Assembly (NCBI GenBank): GCA_016712415.1
Contig: JADJRC010000015.1
Span: 43,670-107,669 of the forward strand
From: Lewinellaceae bacterium
GTDB lineage: Bacteria; Bacteroidota; Bacteroidia; Chitinophagales; Saprospiraceae
Direction: 5' to 3'
DNA: 64,000 bases
Every line of letters starts with the position of its first letter. Position 1 is the stretch's first letter. The notes under the pieces were generated by a model, which saw nothing but the letters and a program-made list of their open reading frames with translations, searched no databases and had not been told where the DNA came from. Of the stretch, positions 53,422-64,000 are shown one piece after another. The translations under genes were made by a program, and so were the position numbers.

Positions 53422-54156
53422 TTATCTTTTTTCAAACAACCACCATGCCGGCCTGCGCCGGACAATTTTGTAATTACTCGAAATGTATTGCCTGATGTGG
53501 CCAACGGCTTCGTCCGGATCGTCGGTGAACAACAACAGGTCCATGTCTTCCGGTGAAATGGTCCCCTGTTCCGCCATGAAGTGCAGAAAGTCGCGCAGGG
53601 GTTGGTAGAACTGCGTGCCCATGACAACAATAGGAAAGTTCTCGATCTTTTTCGTTTGCACCAGGGTCAGCGTTTCAAAAAACTCGTCCATCGTACCGAA
53701 TCCGCCCGGAAAGATCACAAAGGCAAAAGAGTATTTGACCAGCAACACCTTTCTGACAAAGAAGTAGCGGAACAGCACAAATTTGTCGAGATAGGGGTTC
53801 TCTTTTTGTTCGTGCGGCAGTACAATATTGCAGCCGACCGATAGCCCCCGGGCTTCGCGCGCACCGCGGTTGGCGGCTTCCATAATCCCGGGTCCGCCGC
53901 CTGTCATGATAGCCATACCCAGCTCGTCGGCAATACGCCGGCTTACATTGCGGGCCGCTTCATAATGCGGGTGTCCTTCCTTGAATCGCGCAGAGCCGAA
54001 AATGGTCACGCAAGGACCGATAAAGTGTAATTTTCGGAAACCCTGAAGGAACTCCCAGAATACCCTGATTGCAAAAGACAATTCAAAACTTCGGGTCTTG
54101 GGGCCTTCCAGGAAGCTGGGCTCGTGGGGATCGATAAGTGGTTTTGATTTAGCCAT
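53422..54156 (-). CDS. LOG-family / TIGR00730 Rossmann-fold nucleotide-binding protein
   Basis: 244 aa. Hallmarks are GPCVTIFGSAR, TGGGPGIMEAANRGA and PGGFGTMDEFFE. Confidence 0.85.
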   Translation of the reverse strand: MAKSKPLIDPHEPSFLEGPKTRSFELSFAIRVFWEFLQGFRKLHFIGPCVTIFGSARFKEGHPHYEAARNVSRRIADELGMAIMTGGGPGIMEAANRGAREARGLSVGCNIVLPHEQKENPYLDKFVLFRYFFVRKVLLVKYSFAFVIFPGGFGTMDEFFETLTLVQTKKIENFPIVVMGTQFYQPLRDFLHFMAEQGTISPEDMDLLLFTDDPDEAVGHIRQYISSNYKIVRRRPAWWLFEKR

Positions 54157-54320
54157 AGTGTTGTTTTAGCCGGGTCGATCAGTCAAATAAAGATTGAAAT
54201 GTAAATGAAGGGATCAATACACGAACATTCGAATTTTTTCTGCGAATATCCACCAAAAAATGTTTTGCGGAAGCCAGGAGGCTCGATTGATGCCGGTCGG
54301 CGGGATTCGCTGAAGTAAAC

Positions 54321-54328
54321 GTACCTTT
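54321..54328 (+). promoter_or_regulatory. Bacteroidota -7 promoter box TACCTTTG upstream of obg
   Basis: Exact TAnnTTTG match, 40 bp upstream of the obg ATG. Confidence 0.45.
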
Positions 54329-54367
54329 GCGGCCCCATTGACTCTTTATTGATTCTATACACCGTTT

Positions 54368-55363
54368 ATGGCCGAAAACTTTGTTGATTACGTCAAGATA
54401 ATGTTTCGCTCCGGAAAAGGAGGCGCAGGCAGTGTGCATTTTTACCGCGGCCCGGCGATGCCCAAAGGAGGCCCTGACGGCGGCGACGGCGGTCGTGGCG
54501 GGCACATCATCCTGAAGGCCGATCCACAGGAATGGACATTGCTTTCGTTGAAATATACCAAACACATCTATGCCGAGGATGGGCAGAGCGGGCGCGGCGG
54601 ACTCAAAACGGGGTCGGACGGGAACGATGTGATCGTGAAAGTACCCCTGGGAACGGTGGCACGCGATGCCGAAACGGGCGAGTTCCTGATGGAGATCACC
54701 GAGAAAGGCGAAGAAAAAATACTGCTGCCGGGCGGCAGAGGTGGTAAAGGCAACAACTTTTTTAAATCGTCCACCCACCAAACACCCCGTTATGCCCAGC
54801 CCGGCGAACCCAAAATTGAAAGGTGGGTTATTTTGGAACTCAAGGTATTGGCCGATGTGGGCCTTGTCGGTTTCCCCAATGCGGGCAAGAGCACGTTGCT
54901 CAGCGCTGTAACAGCGGCCAAACCCAAAATCGGCGATTACCCCTTTACCACGCTGGTACCGCAACTAGGCATCGTCAAAGTGCGGGAGGGCCAGACGTTT
55001 ATCATGGCCGATATCCCGGGCATCATAGAGGGCGCCCATGAGGGCCGCGGACTGGGCCACCGTTTTCTTCGGCACATCGAACGCAACAGCGTCCTGTTGT
55101 TCACTATTCCTGCCGATACCGAACGCGTCATCAGGGAGGAATACGCCATATTGACCAAAGAGCTGGAAGAATTCAACCCCGACCTGCTAGACAAACCGCG
55201 CCTGCTTGCAGTCACCAAGAGCGATCTCATCGACGATGATCTTGAAAAAATGCTTCGGGAAACACTGCCTTCCGATGTGGAAGTGGTATTTATTTCAGCG
55301 CTGACGAACAAAAACCTCCAGCAATTGAAGGATGTCTTGTGGAAGATGTTGAACGTTGAATAA
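54368..55363 (+). CDS. obg: GTPase Obg/CgtA
   Basis: 331 aa. [30 protein letters not shown]1 [10 protein letters not shown]3 DIPGIIEGA. Confidence 0.92.
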   Translation: MAENFVDYVKIMFRSGKGGAGSVHFYRGPAMPKGGPDGGDGGRGGHIILKADPQEWTLLSLKYTKHIYAEDGQSGRGGLKTGSDGNDVIVKVPLGTVARDAETGEFLMEITEKGEEKILLPGGRGGKGNNFFKSSTHQTPRYAQPGEPKIERWVILELKVLADVGLVGFPNAGKSTLLSAVTAAKPKIGDYPFTTLVPQLGIVKVREGQTFIMADIPGIIEGAHEGRGLGHRFLRHIERNSVLLFTIPADTERVIREEYAILTKELEEFNPDLLDKPRLLAVTKSDLIDDDLEKMLRETLPSDVEVVFISALTNKNLQQLKDVLWKMLNVE

Positions 55364-55409
55364 TCGAATTCATCATTCATCATTCATCATTCATCATCAT
55401 TCACCATTA

Positions 55410-56075
55410 CTACAACGCCCCATATTTTTCCAACAAAGCTCCCAACGCTTTTGCGTCTGAGGCGATATGATCGGCTCCGCAGTCGAGCAAGTGCGTTTCA
55501 TGGCCGTCGTGAATGTGGGCTGCCCCAAGAAAACCCACTACCCGGAGCCCGGCTTTTTTGGCGGCAGTGACGCCGGTCGGACTGTCTTCCACCACAATAA
55601 CATCAATGGGGTCGAGTTGAAGTTGCCGCATGGCGTATTCGAACACGTCGGGATGTGGTTTGGGGCGTTCGACATGTTCGGCGGAGAAAATATGTCCGTC
55701 AAGCGCATCATGCAGGCGTACGTGTTGCAGACAACGTTCTACGTGGCGCACGCTGCCGTTCGACACCATGCTTTTGGGTATCTTCAGGTTGCGAAAAATA
55801 GCGGGCATTCCGTCGATAGCGCGCAAGTCGCGCTCAAAACCTTCGATATGTAATACCCGCAGGCGATCAAAATAATCGTCGGGAATCCGAATATCATATT
55901 CGCGGCTGATGATGTCGATGATATCGCGCTCCAACAGGCCGGGAAAACGACTGCTGTATTCCTGCTCGGTCATTTGAAAACCGTAACTCCCGAGCAGTTG
56001 CAGGGTTGAGCGTACCGCGATGATCTCGGAATCGACAATGGTTCCGTCATTATCAAAAAGGACGTGTTTCAGCAT
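55410..56075 (-). CDS. HAD-superfamily hydrolase (beta-phosphoglucomutase-like subfamily)
   Basis: 221 aa. Motif I LFDNDGTIVDSE, motif II SNG, motif IV VVEDSPTG. Confidence 0.8.
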   Translation of the reverse strand: MLKHVLFDNDGTIVDSEIIAVRSTLQLLGSYGFQMTEQEYSSRFPGLLERDIIDIISREYDIRIPDDYFDRLRVLHIEGFERDLRAIDGMPAIFRNLKIPKSMVSNGSVRHVERCLQHVRLHDALDGHIFSAEHVERPKPHPDVFEYAMRQLQLDPIDVIVVEDSPTGVTAAKKAGLRVVGFLGAAHIHDGHETHLLDCGADHIASDAKALGALLEKYGAL

Positions 56076-56098
56076 GGCGCAAAAGTAAGAGATTCCAG

Positions 56099-56127
56099 AC
56101 CTTATAGGTTTTCAAAACCTATAAGGT
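56099..56127. terminator. 14-bp-arm palindrome ACCTTATAGGTTTT-C-AAAACCTATAAGGT downstream of the T9SS cargo gene
   Basis: Read directly from the sequence. It shares the core ACCT(A/T)A(T/G)AGGT with the hairpin at 7933-7965. Confidence 0.35.
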
Positions 56128-56135
56128 ACTCTGAC

Positions 56136-57401
56136 TTACTGCTTGCGGAAATATTTCGTCAGAGCCTCATTTCCGGAAAACAGGACAAACGCATACATGC
56201 CTTCCGGCAGTGTAGCAAGGTCCACCTCGTGTCGAAGGGCTTCCTCCCGCACGGCGCCCGACAAGACGAGCCGCCCCGATTGATCGAATATTTGCCAGGC
56301 GGCATCGGCGTCCAGTGGCGCCAAAAGGTGCAGCGTGAGTATATCCGTAGCAGGGGAAGGGTACAGCCGTATGCCGGCATCCTTTCCTGCAGCGGCCGTG
56401 ACGACCGGGCTGTACGAGTATGTACCGTCGAAATCGACCTGCCTGAGCCGGTAATAATTGACGCCACCGACCGGCTGCCCATCGGTATACTCATAGCTGC
56501 CGGGCAGGAAAGAGGTGCCTGCGCCGGCCACGCGCCCGATTTCCGCAAATTGGCGCCCGTCGCTGCTGCGCTCGATGGAAAAATAATCGTTATCGGTTTC
56601 GGTGGCAGTGCGCCAGAACAGACCGACGGAAGCGGAACCCGCCTGCGCCCGGAACGAAAGCAGCGTAACAGGCAGTGCGGAAAACTCGCTGATCAGGATA
56701 TTGTCGAGGGTAATAGTCCCTGTTCCCGCGGAAAAAATAAATTTAAACTCATTCAGGCTCACTCCCGCTCCGGCCGCATTGGCGTTCATGTCGTTGAAAA
56801 CGAGCGTGTTATTCACCCAAACATCAATTTTGTCATTGGCAACGCTGGTGGTGCTGCCGTCAGGGCCGGAGTAGTTGGCTGAAGCGCCGGAGTTATTGCT
56901 GAACAGGGTAATGTGGTTTTCACCATTGAATGTACTGCTATTGACGCTGCCGTTGATATTACGGACCTGAAACCCGCCTCCGCTGACCAGGTTGATCCCG
57001 ATTTTGGTATGGAACGTGGCACCGGCATCACCGGCGGTGATGTTGGAGCTGAAGCCGTCGCCAAAATATAATTGTGCAGCAGTTGTCTGGTTGGCAGTTG
57101 CCGCAGGCACCTCCAGGTCAAATTCCGCCTTCATCAACACCGGGGTATTGCTAAAGTCGGTATTTCGGATTGCACCGCCGGCATTGGCGCTCGTTCGTAC
57201 AAATTCGAGCCGCCCTGCGTTGATGGAGACCGTTACGCCGCCGCCCGAGGCGGCCAAAACGTCGAACTGAGCGTTGTTCGGCGGCGCCCCCACATAGTCG
57301 GAAAGTACGGTAGAGGAATTAAAATCCTGTGCAAATATCTGACTATGTGCAGCATATGGCAGGAAGGCGCAAAGGATTACAATACCGTACAGGTGCTTCA
57401 T
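56136..57401 (-). CDS. T9SS cargo protein: unknown N-terminal beta-rich domain, an LPVTLL-type beta domain and a T9SS CTD
   Basis: 421 aa. Signal peptide MKHLYGIVILCAFLPYAAHSQ. ALPVTLLSFRAQ...FWRTATETDNDYFSIERSSDGRQFAEIGRVAGAG...VNYYRLRQVDFDGTYSYSPVV. The CTD is IRLYPSPATDILTLHL...EALTKYFRKQ. Confidence 0.8.
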   Translation of the reverse strand: MKHLYGIVILCAFLPYAAHSQIFAQDFNSSTVLSDYVGAPPNNAQFDVLAASGGGVTVSINAGRLEFVRTSANAGGAIRNTDFSNTPVLMKAEFDLEVPAATANQTTAAQLYFGDGFSSNITAGDAGATFHTKIGINLVSGGGFQVRNINGSVNSSTFNGENHITLFSNNSGASANYSGPDGSTTSVANDKIDVWVNNTLVFNDMNANAAGAGVSLNEFKFIFSAGTGTITLDNILISEFSALPVTLLSFRAQAGSASVGLFWRTATETDNDYFSIERSSDGRQFAEIGRVAGAGTSFLPGSYEYTDGQPVGGVNYYRLRQVDFDGTYSYSPVVTAAAGKDAGIRLYPSPATDILTLHLLAPLDADAAWQIFDQSGRLVLSGAVREEALRHEVDLATLPEGMYAFVLFSGNEALTKYFRKQ

Positions 57402-57546
57402 GGTAAAAAAAGTTTGGTGCAGGTTTTTTATAAAAAGGCAAATGAACCAACAAATCTACTGCTGCGCCGCACATGTTGTTTGGGGGTGGTCGTTACTTTT
57501 TTGTAAATAACGAAATGTGGGTAGACACGGATCGCTTGTCATCGGG

Positions 57547-57966
57547 TTACCTGCTCCATACCAGGATAAACGAGAGGAGGAAACACACAGCCGCAAGGGC
57601 AATTCCCCGTAATGGAATACTAAACCAGTATCGTTTTGCCAGAAACAGGTAAAAGGCCATTGTCGAAACATCCAGCAATTGCAGCGGCAGGGAGTTGTGC
57701 AACACGTCAAAATGTTCAACGGCAAGTATGATGTTAACCAGGCCGATGAACATCGCTCCCGAACTATGGCTGGCATTAAACCCGACCCAGGCGTTCCACA
57801 TGGTGGTTTGCCGGGTCAATACCGGGACATCTGCCTTCATGCGTTCAACGGTTTCCGACTGCCTGGCCAGAAACTTGTCGCTGAAAAAGGTGTACACCAG
57901 GTGTATGGTACCCAGCACCAGGAATATCGCGCTGCCGGTAATAATCAGGTATTGTTCAGGTGTCAT
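57547..57966 (-). CDS. hypothetical 4-TM membrane protein
   Basis: 139-aa ORF with four hydrophobic segments. I recognised no catalytic motif. Confidence 0.55.
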   Translation of the reverse strand: MTPEQYLIITGSAIFLVLGTIHLVYTFFSDKFLARQSETVERMKADVPVLTRQTTMWNAWVGFNASHSSGAMFIGLVNIILAVEHFDVLHNSLPLQLLDVSTMAFYLFLAKRYWFSIPLRGIALAAVCFLLSFILVWSR

Positions 57967-58003
57967 TTGATTTGCATTTTATGCCGGAATGCTGCCGCAC
58001 CAA

Positions 58004-60101
58004 TCACCGTTTCACAATTTGCCGCACAAACCGCCCGCTTTCCATTTGTACACTCAGAAAATAAGTACCTGCAGGCAACACGCGCAGGTCGACAGGCAGC
58101 ACAAGTTGCCGGGTCTGGTGTGTTTGCATAAAAATGACCTTCTGTTGTACGTCGGAGAGCGTAAGGGTGATGTCTTCCTGCCGCTCCAGCTCCAGCGCAA
58201 CCGAAACCAGCCCTTCTGTAGGGTTGGGCGACAGCGAGAACCTGCGCACCGATGGTGGCAGCGTAGTGGATGTAATTTCCACAAATATAGCATCAGTAAA
58301 GGAGCGGCAACCATCGGGATCGCTTACTTCCAGGGAGTAGGAGCCTGAGACTGTTGCCACGTATACTTTTTCCGTGGCGCCCGGTATGGGTTGCCCGTCG
58401 AGGTACCACTGGAAATTCAAGTTCATGAATGTGACAGCAATAACCGAGTCGCCCGAAGCGTAAATGGGCGGCGGCACCAGGATGGCTGTCGCAACGCCGA
58501 ATTCCGCAGACTCGGATTTGCAAATGGTTCCCTGGAATACCACGGTGTACGGACCGCCCTGATCGATCAGCAGGGTTTGGCTCGTTGCTCCCGGAATAGC
58601 ATTGCCACCGACAAACCACTGGTAGGAATATCCGTTCGGGGGCCTCCGTCGAGGTCAGCGTCATCGTATCGCCTTCACAGATGGCCATTTCGGGCGCCGT
58701 AATGAGGGGTGCCGGCGGGTCGGGCATGGTGTTGGTCATTTCAAAGGTGTCAATCCGTGCGCAGCCGTTGGCGTCGGTAGCCGTGACACTGTACAGGCCG
58801 GCTTCGAGGTACACGTTGAGGTTGCCGGTCTGTCCGTTTGACCAGGCATAATTAACCGGCGCGGCGCCGCCCGTCGATTGTGCTTCGATAATACCGTTGA
58901 AAGTGCCTGTGCAGATATTTTGTTGTGTAACACTTCCCGATAATTGAAAATTCGAGCACAATTCCCTGATTTTCTGTATTTTACCACTGGCAATAAGCGC
59001 AACATACAACTCCCCGTCACGGTCTTCGCCGAAACTGCTGTACTGGTTGACGCTCAGGTTGGCCAGCACACTTGCGCTGAAAGTGCCGTTGGCGTTGTGG
59101 CGGATATTCCACCAGCGGCCACTGCAGTAGTCGGCAAAAATATACTGCCCGTAGAGGTCGGGATATTTTGATCCGCGGTAAACGAATCCGCCGGTGACCG
59201 AACAGCCGTTGGCATTCGAATGCAGGTAATCAAATATCGGGAAGGTATAATTGGATGCAGGCTGGCAACCTCCGGTGAGATAGGCGGCGTTGCCTTCATA
59301 ACAGCGCCAGCCGTAATTCCGGCCGCCTGTACCGGCAGGTTCAAAATCGATTTCTTCGCGGGCGTTCTGGCCCACGTCGCCGATCCACATATCGCCTGTA
59401 AGCCTGTCGAAGGAAAATCGCCAGGGATTGCGCAGGCCAAGCGACCATATTTCCGGGAAATAGGCCGGGTTATTGACAAACGGGTTGTCGGGAGGTATAG
59501 TATACGGTTCCGAAGCGCTGCTGTTGCTGACATCGATGCGCAGTATTTTGCCAAGAAAGGTGGTTTTTTTCTGTCCGTTGCCTTGCGGGTCATCGGCGGA
59601 ACCGCCGTCGCCGAGTCCGGTGTACAGATACCCGTCGGGGCCGAATTTGATGCTGCCTCCGTTGTGATTGTTGAAAGGCTGGTCTTGCGTGAGCAGGATC
59701 AGTTCGCTGTTCGGGTCGGCCTTGTTGGGGTTCAACGTATCGCGGGTAAAGCGCGAAACCCTGGTGTCGCCATCCGTTTTTCGGGAATAATTGACATAGA
59801 AATAGCCGCTTTGCGCGTAGTCGGGCGGGAAAGCCAGTCCCAGCAGTCCGCGCTCGTTCTGGGCCGACTGCACCCGGTCGACGATGTTCAGGAATGTATC
59901 CTGCAGGCGGTTGCCCAGGCTGTCGAGCATCCAGATCATGCCGCGTTTTTCCACGATAAACAAACGGCTGTCGCCGCAATGTGTGATATCTACCGGAAGC
60001 ACAAATCCAGTGGCGTGGTCGCTGAGTTGTATTTTGGGTTGTGAAAAAAGTGCAAGGGGAAATAGAAAAAGAATTAAAAATGGAAAATTTCTGTTCTTCA
60101 T
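58004..60101 (-). CDS. PQQ-dependent sugar (sorbosone/glucose) dehydrogenase-like beta-propeller, Ig/PKD-like domains and a T9SS CTD, with a frameshift at the G5 run 58638-58642
   Basis: NHNGGSIKFGPDGYLYTGLGDGGSADDPQGNGQ, LGLRNPWRFSFD and DVGQNAREEIDF are GSDH-family motifs. ORF 58293..60101 loses sense after ...TLTSTEAP. ORF 58004..58543 supplies the end (...RFSLSPNPTEGLVSVAL...GRFVRQIVKR = CTD). Confidence 0.8.
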
Positions 60102-60417
60102 GGACGGGTGCCGGTGAGGTGAAAAGTCAAATATGGAAGTAAAAGTAGTCCCGAATCCGCAAACCCAAAAAAGGCATCAAAGGGATGTCTTCAATTAGCG
60201 TATTTGCAGAATTCATCGGATATTTACTCAAAGTAAATTGGTTTGCGAAAATAAACTCAAACAATACATTGATTTTCAATACAAAGGAATTCTGTAAATT
60301 CTTAAATTCGGAGTATTCCAGTATAATATTAATAATGTGTAAGATTGTCCCCGGAACATTCAGGACTACTCAAAACAAGACAAGAATTCCATTTTTTAAT
60401 CAAAAAAATATAAACCA

Positions 60418-62058
60418 ATGAAAATTCACGCCACTATTTCGGTTATCTTGATTCTGACCTGTTTCCCGGGTTTTTCCCAGTCCACTGACCAGCTGCCGCC
60501 CGAGGGCGGTGGCGAGTATATTTTCACCACAGGTAAACCATGCCTATCCGAGGGTGAACGTTCGGCCATTACGGAGCGGCTCAGAGAAAACATAACTGCG
60601 CTAAAAAAAGAAGGAAAACTGAAGGAGGTTATTCAAAAAATGGTCGTCAGTTTCGACTGGCCTTTGAGGAAAGACCCCGGATTGGAATTCAATGACTATT
60701 ACGGCATATCCAACTTTGTCGATCAAAATGCCGGGGGCGGCATACTCGATTACAATTGTGACAGCCGTACCTATAACGGCCATCATGGAACCGATTATTT
60801 TACATGGCCTTTCCCCTGGTATATTTATGACAATAATTTTGTTGAAGCCATAGCCGGAGAGGCCGGAACGATAATCGGTAAAGACGACAACCAGGATGAC
60901 GACCATTGCGCGTGTAGCGGAAACTGGAATGCCGTATATATCCAACACGCCGACGGATCAATTGCCTGGTACGGCCACCTCAAGAATAATTCCCTGACAC
61001 CCAAAACGGTGGGCCAAACAGTCTTCAAAGGCGAATATCTGGGCGTCGTAGCCAGCTCAGGATGCTCTACCGGGCCACACCTCCATTTTGAAGTTTATGA
61101 TAGTGGAAACAATCTGATTGATCCCTATCAGGGCAGCTGCAACAGTTTGAACGCTAATTCCTGGTGGGCATCACAACCCGCATACCGGGAGCCAACTGTA
61201 AATGCGATATTGACCCATAATGCAGCGCCTCTGCAAGGGTGCCCGGGCGTAAATGAAGCCCCCAATATGTCGAACGACTTTTCACCCGGTCAGACAATAT
61301 ATACCGCAGCATACTATCACGACCAACTACAGGGAGATGTTTCCACATATCGAATCCGCAAACCCGACAATTCGGTATGGCAAACCTGGAACTCAACATC
61401 GCCCAGTACCTATAACGCATCCTGGTGGTATTGGACCTGGGTGCTTCCCTCAGGGGGCCCTTTCGGCGCCTGGACATTTGAAGTGGTGTATTACGGGCAG
61501 ACCTTTACCCACCCTTTTAATTATGCCCAGGTGCTCCCTGTTGAACTCCGCACTTTTTACGGCAAGGCAACCGCAGATCAAACCATTATGTTCAACTGGA
61601 GTACAGCATCCGAGGTCAATAACCAGGGCTTCGAGGTGGAACATTCCACAGATGGCATCCAATGGAAAAATATTGGTTTTGTCCCCGGAAATGGTACATC
61701 CGCACAGATTAATACCTATGGTTTCCTGCACAAAACCCCTGCAAGTGGCATGAATTATTACCGGCTCAAACAAATCGACAACGATCTGAATATTGAATAT
61801 TCGTATGTTGTAAATATAGTGTTAGGGAAAAATGGCAATATTCAACTTGCGCCAAACCCTGCACGCGGTCTCATAGAAGTTTTGGGCATTGGAAACGAAC
61901 ACCCGGAGGTGATCCTGTTCGACAGTATGGGTAACAAGATCAGGGAGTTGAAATTGGACCAATCGACCATTAGCGTCACGGATATTCCTGTCGGCCTGTA
62001 TTTTATGTCGATATGCATTGACGGGCAATATACTGTAAAACGGTTTGTCAAGATCTAA
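60418..62058 (+). CDS. M23-family metallopeptidase fused to an LPVEL-type beta domain and a T9SS CTD
   Basis: 546 aa. Signal peptide MKIHATISVILILTCFPGFSQ. M23 motifs HHGTDYF, WYGHLK and GPHLHFEV. Then LPVELRTFYGKA...FNWSTASEVNNQGFEVEHSTDGIQWKNIGFVPGNGTS...MNYYRLKQIDND, with the CTD LAPNPARGLIEVL...YTVKRFVKI. Confidence 0.85.
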   Translation: MKIHATISVILILTCFPGFSQSTDQLPPEGGGEYIFTTGKPCLSEGERSAITERLRENITALKKEGKLKEVIQKMVVSFDWPLRKDPGLEFNDYYGISNFVDQNAGGGILDYNCDSRTYNGHHGTDYFTWPFPWYIYDNNFVEAIAGEAGTIIGKDDNQDDDHCACSGNWNAVYIQHADGSIAWYGHLKNNSLTPKTVGQTVFKGEYLGVVASSGCSTGPHLHFEVYDSGNNLIDPYQGSCNSLNANSWWASQPAYREPTVNAILTHNAAPLQGCPGVNEAPNMSNDFSPGQTIYTAAYYHDQLQGDVSTYRIRKPDNSVWQTWNSTSPSTYNASWWYWTWVLPSGGPFGAWTFEVVYYGQTFTHPFNYAQVLPVELRTFYGKATADQTIMFNWSTASEVNNQGFEVEHSTDGIQWKNIGFVPGNGTSAQINTYGFLHKTPASGMNYYRLKQIDNDLNIEYSYVVNIVLGKNGNIQLAPNPARGLIEVLGIGNEHPEVILFDSMGNKIRELKLDQSTISVTDIPVGLYFMSICIDGQYTVKRFVKI

Positions 62059-62070
62059 AAAACAGCCTTA

Positions 62071-62502
62071 ATGACATTATCCAAATACTATACATATGCA
62101 GTGATCTATCCGGCAGTCTTTGCGTTTATCATTAGTACCCTGTTTTCCCTCATATACGGCTACGGTTACGATAGCGAATGGCTTATGGCCGGAGATATGG
62201 TCGGAACCTCAATTGCTGCTTCCTTGATTTATTCGACCCTGATCGGTGTGCTCTCGCTGACTATTTTCCTTAACAAATACGAAATGGTGCGGGCAAATTT
62301 GATCTGGAATATACTGGCTTGGTTTCTGTTGCCAGGTGGTTTTATTGCAATAACCCTGGTCCAGGAAGTTAATTACACCATTACATATGAATCGGGTTTC
62401 GGCAGTGGGATCGTTTTTGTATTGATACAGACAATACCATTTATAGCAGGCCTGATTTATACATTTATCAGATACAGATTGAGTACAATTTACGCTGAAT
62501 AG
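62071..62502 (+). CDS. hypothetical 4-TM membrane protein
   Basis: 143-aa ORF starting 13 bp after the M23 gene. It has four hydrophobic helices and shares the AT-richer composition of its neighbour. Confidence 0.55.
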   Translation: MTLSKYYTYAVIYPAVFAFIISTLFSLIYGYGYDSEWLMAGDMVGTSIAASLIYSTLIGVLSLTIFLNKYEMVRANLIWNILAWFLLPGGFIAITLVQEVNYTITYESGFGSGIVFVLIQTIPFIAGLIYTFIRYRLSTIYAE

Positions 62503-62539
62503 GTTTCAAAAACTACTTTTCATTGAGGAGCTATGGCGC

Positions 62540-64000
62540 CTACTCTCCCACAAACTGCATAATTTCCTCCACAAAATTGCGGTGATTGGCCAGCCGGGGC
62601 ACCTTGTTCTGGCTGCCAAACTTGCCGCGGGCGCGCATCCATCGGTGGAAAGTGCCGCGAGGCACGGTATGCAGGTGCAGGCGCTGGAGTGCCATTCCCT
62701 TGAATCTTTTGGCTTCGTAGTCCGAATTGATGCGCTGGAGTGTCTGGTCGAGCACCTCGTTGAAGCGCTCGAGATCGGAAGGCTCCCGCTCAAACTCGAC
62801 GATCCATTCATGTCCGCCCCGGCCCTTGTCGCCGGCAAAATAAACGGGGGCGGCAGTGTATTCTGAAACGATGGCGTTCAACTCGCGGCATGCTTCGGCG
62901 AGTGCCTTGTCGGTGTCGCCCACCATGACTTCTTCGCCGAAGGCGTTGATAAACTGTTTGGTGCGACCGGTGATGCGGAAGCAGTGCGGGTTCCTGCGCG
63001 TGAACATCATCGTATCGCCGGGCAGGTATCGCCACAAGCCGTTGTTGGAGGAAATCATTACAGCGTAATTTTTCCCAACTTCCACATCGGCCAACAGCAC
63101 CGTTTTAGGATGTTCTTTTTCCCATTCCTCTGTCGGGATAAATTCGTAGAACACGCCGCTGTCAGCAAAGAGCAGCATATCCTTTTTGTCCAGATCGCAT
63201 TGCGCGCCGAAATAGCCTTCAGAGGCGTTGTATATTTCCTGGTACACGAAGTTATCGCTGGGTATCAGCGCCTTAAATGTTTCACGATAAGGCTCGAAGC
63301 CCACGCCGCCGTGCATATAGGCCTGCAGGTGCGGCCACACCTCCAGCATATTGTTTTTGCCGGTTTGTTCGAGGATCAGGCGGAACAGGACGATAAGCCA
63401 GGTAGGCACCCTCCGAACATGACGATATCGTCGCGGCGACCGGTGAGGTCGGCAAAACGCTGGAGTTTTTCTTCAAAATTGGGCAGCAGCGCCGTTTTGA
63501 AATCGGGTGTGTGAAAAGCGCGGCCAACAACCGGCATATGGTGGGTCATCAGCGAACTGATATCGCCGGTACGGGTTTTGGGAAAATCAGCGAACGTCTG
63601 GTAACTTCCGGAGAGCAGCAGGTTTTTTCGCCGGAACACCTCCATATCGGGTTTGTTGTGGTACAGCAGGGTCAGCGAATCCCAACTGCCGGCGTAGTGG
63701 TTGCTGTACAGATTGCTCATCGGAACGGGGATAAACTTGCTTTTGTCGCTGGTAGTGCCGCTGCTTTTGCTGTACCAGGTGACCTGTCCGGGCCAAAGCA
63801 CGTTCCGCTCGCCGCGCATCATACGGTAAATCTGGTCTTTTACCCCATCATAATCATGAGCGGGCACACGCTGCGCAAACTCCTCTGCATTCCTTATGCC
63901 TGCGAAGTCGTATTCCTTGCCGAATTCAGTATTACGCGCAGTGTCGAGTAAACGTTGCAACCACCGTTCCTGGGGTTCTTCCGGCCGTTTCATATAGCGC
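62540..64000 (-). CDS. GH3 (auxin-responsive-promoter) family acyl-acid amido-synthetase-like protein; frameshift near 63409-63414, and the 5' end probably lies outside the window
   Basis: WYSKSSGTTSDKSKFIPV (adenylation P-loop-like motif). ...RRDDIVMFGG joins (V)PTWLIVLFRLILEQTGKNNMLEVWP after a 1-bp correction, which links ORFs 63376..63993 and 62540..63409. The frame stays open upstream of the ATG at 63993 to the window edge. Confidence 0.75.

Noticed and set aside
55369-55410. Heptamer microsatellite (TTCATCA)x4 followed by tcattcaccattactac. Similar G-poor short-period tracts occur at 50180-50225 (ccaacccacaacccacaacc) and 42403-42431.
   Set aside because: These are short, intergenic and imperfect. 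The resemblance between 55399-55416 and 42403-42420 is within what low-complexity sequence gives by chance. I cannot support any function from the sequence alone.
60185-60421. The 78-aa + ORF upstream of the M23 peptidase gene.
   Set aside because: It lies in an AT-rich region. Its product is Asn/Ile/Phe/Lys-rich with no signal peptide or motif. It most likely covers the promoter/leader of the peptidase gene.

Overview
The window looks like a chromosomal segment from a Bacteroidota bacterium. The evidence is many T9SS C-terminal sorting domains, TAnnTTTG-type promoter boxes and Bacteroidota-style outer-membrane proteins. By eye it is moderately GC-rich, with a few AT-richer patches. I found no rRNA, tRNA, CRISPR array, transposase or integrase.

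Housekeeping genes include parC, ahcY, obg, aroB, ribE, amt, a DAHP synthase/chorismate mutase fusion, fumarylacetoacetase and two-component systems. Four things stand out among them:
1. 8992-21586: a co-directional lipid supercluster. It joins ceramide synthesis (a fatty-acid-2-hydroxylase::serine-palmitoyltransferase fusion, a GNAT-like acyltransferase, an SDR reductase and a eukaryote-like DEGS delta-4 desaturase) to inositol-phosphate head-group synthesis (MIPS, a PgpA-like phosphatase, a CDP-alcohol phosphatidyltransferase and a PAP2/AUR1-like transferase).
2. 25254-28464: an AT-richer two-gene module. An ORC/Cdc6-like AAA+ ATPase is translationally coupled (ATGA overlap) to a protein built from near-identical 40-aa helical repeats encoded by 120-bp DNA repeats. 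The repeats vary only at a few cassette-like positions. I consider this a candidate STAND-like sensor or conflict system and the best candidate for an undescribed system.
3. 30559-39269: a tandem array of five T9SS cargo paralogs. Four carry poly-glycine (ALK/LTK-Gly_rich-like) modules.
4. The same C-terminal bipartite cassette recurs on seven proteins in the window.

Major caveat: many genes, including essential ones, carry 1-bp indels. These are often in homopolymers and are very dense between about 36.3 and 45.1 kb. Many 'pseudogenes' here may therefore be assembly errors. All family assignments come from motif recognition by eye and none comes from a database search.
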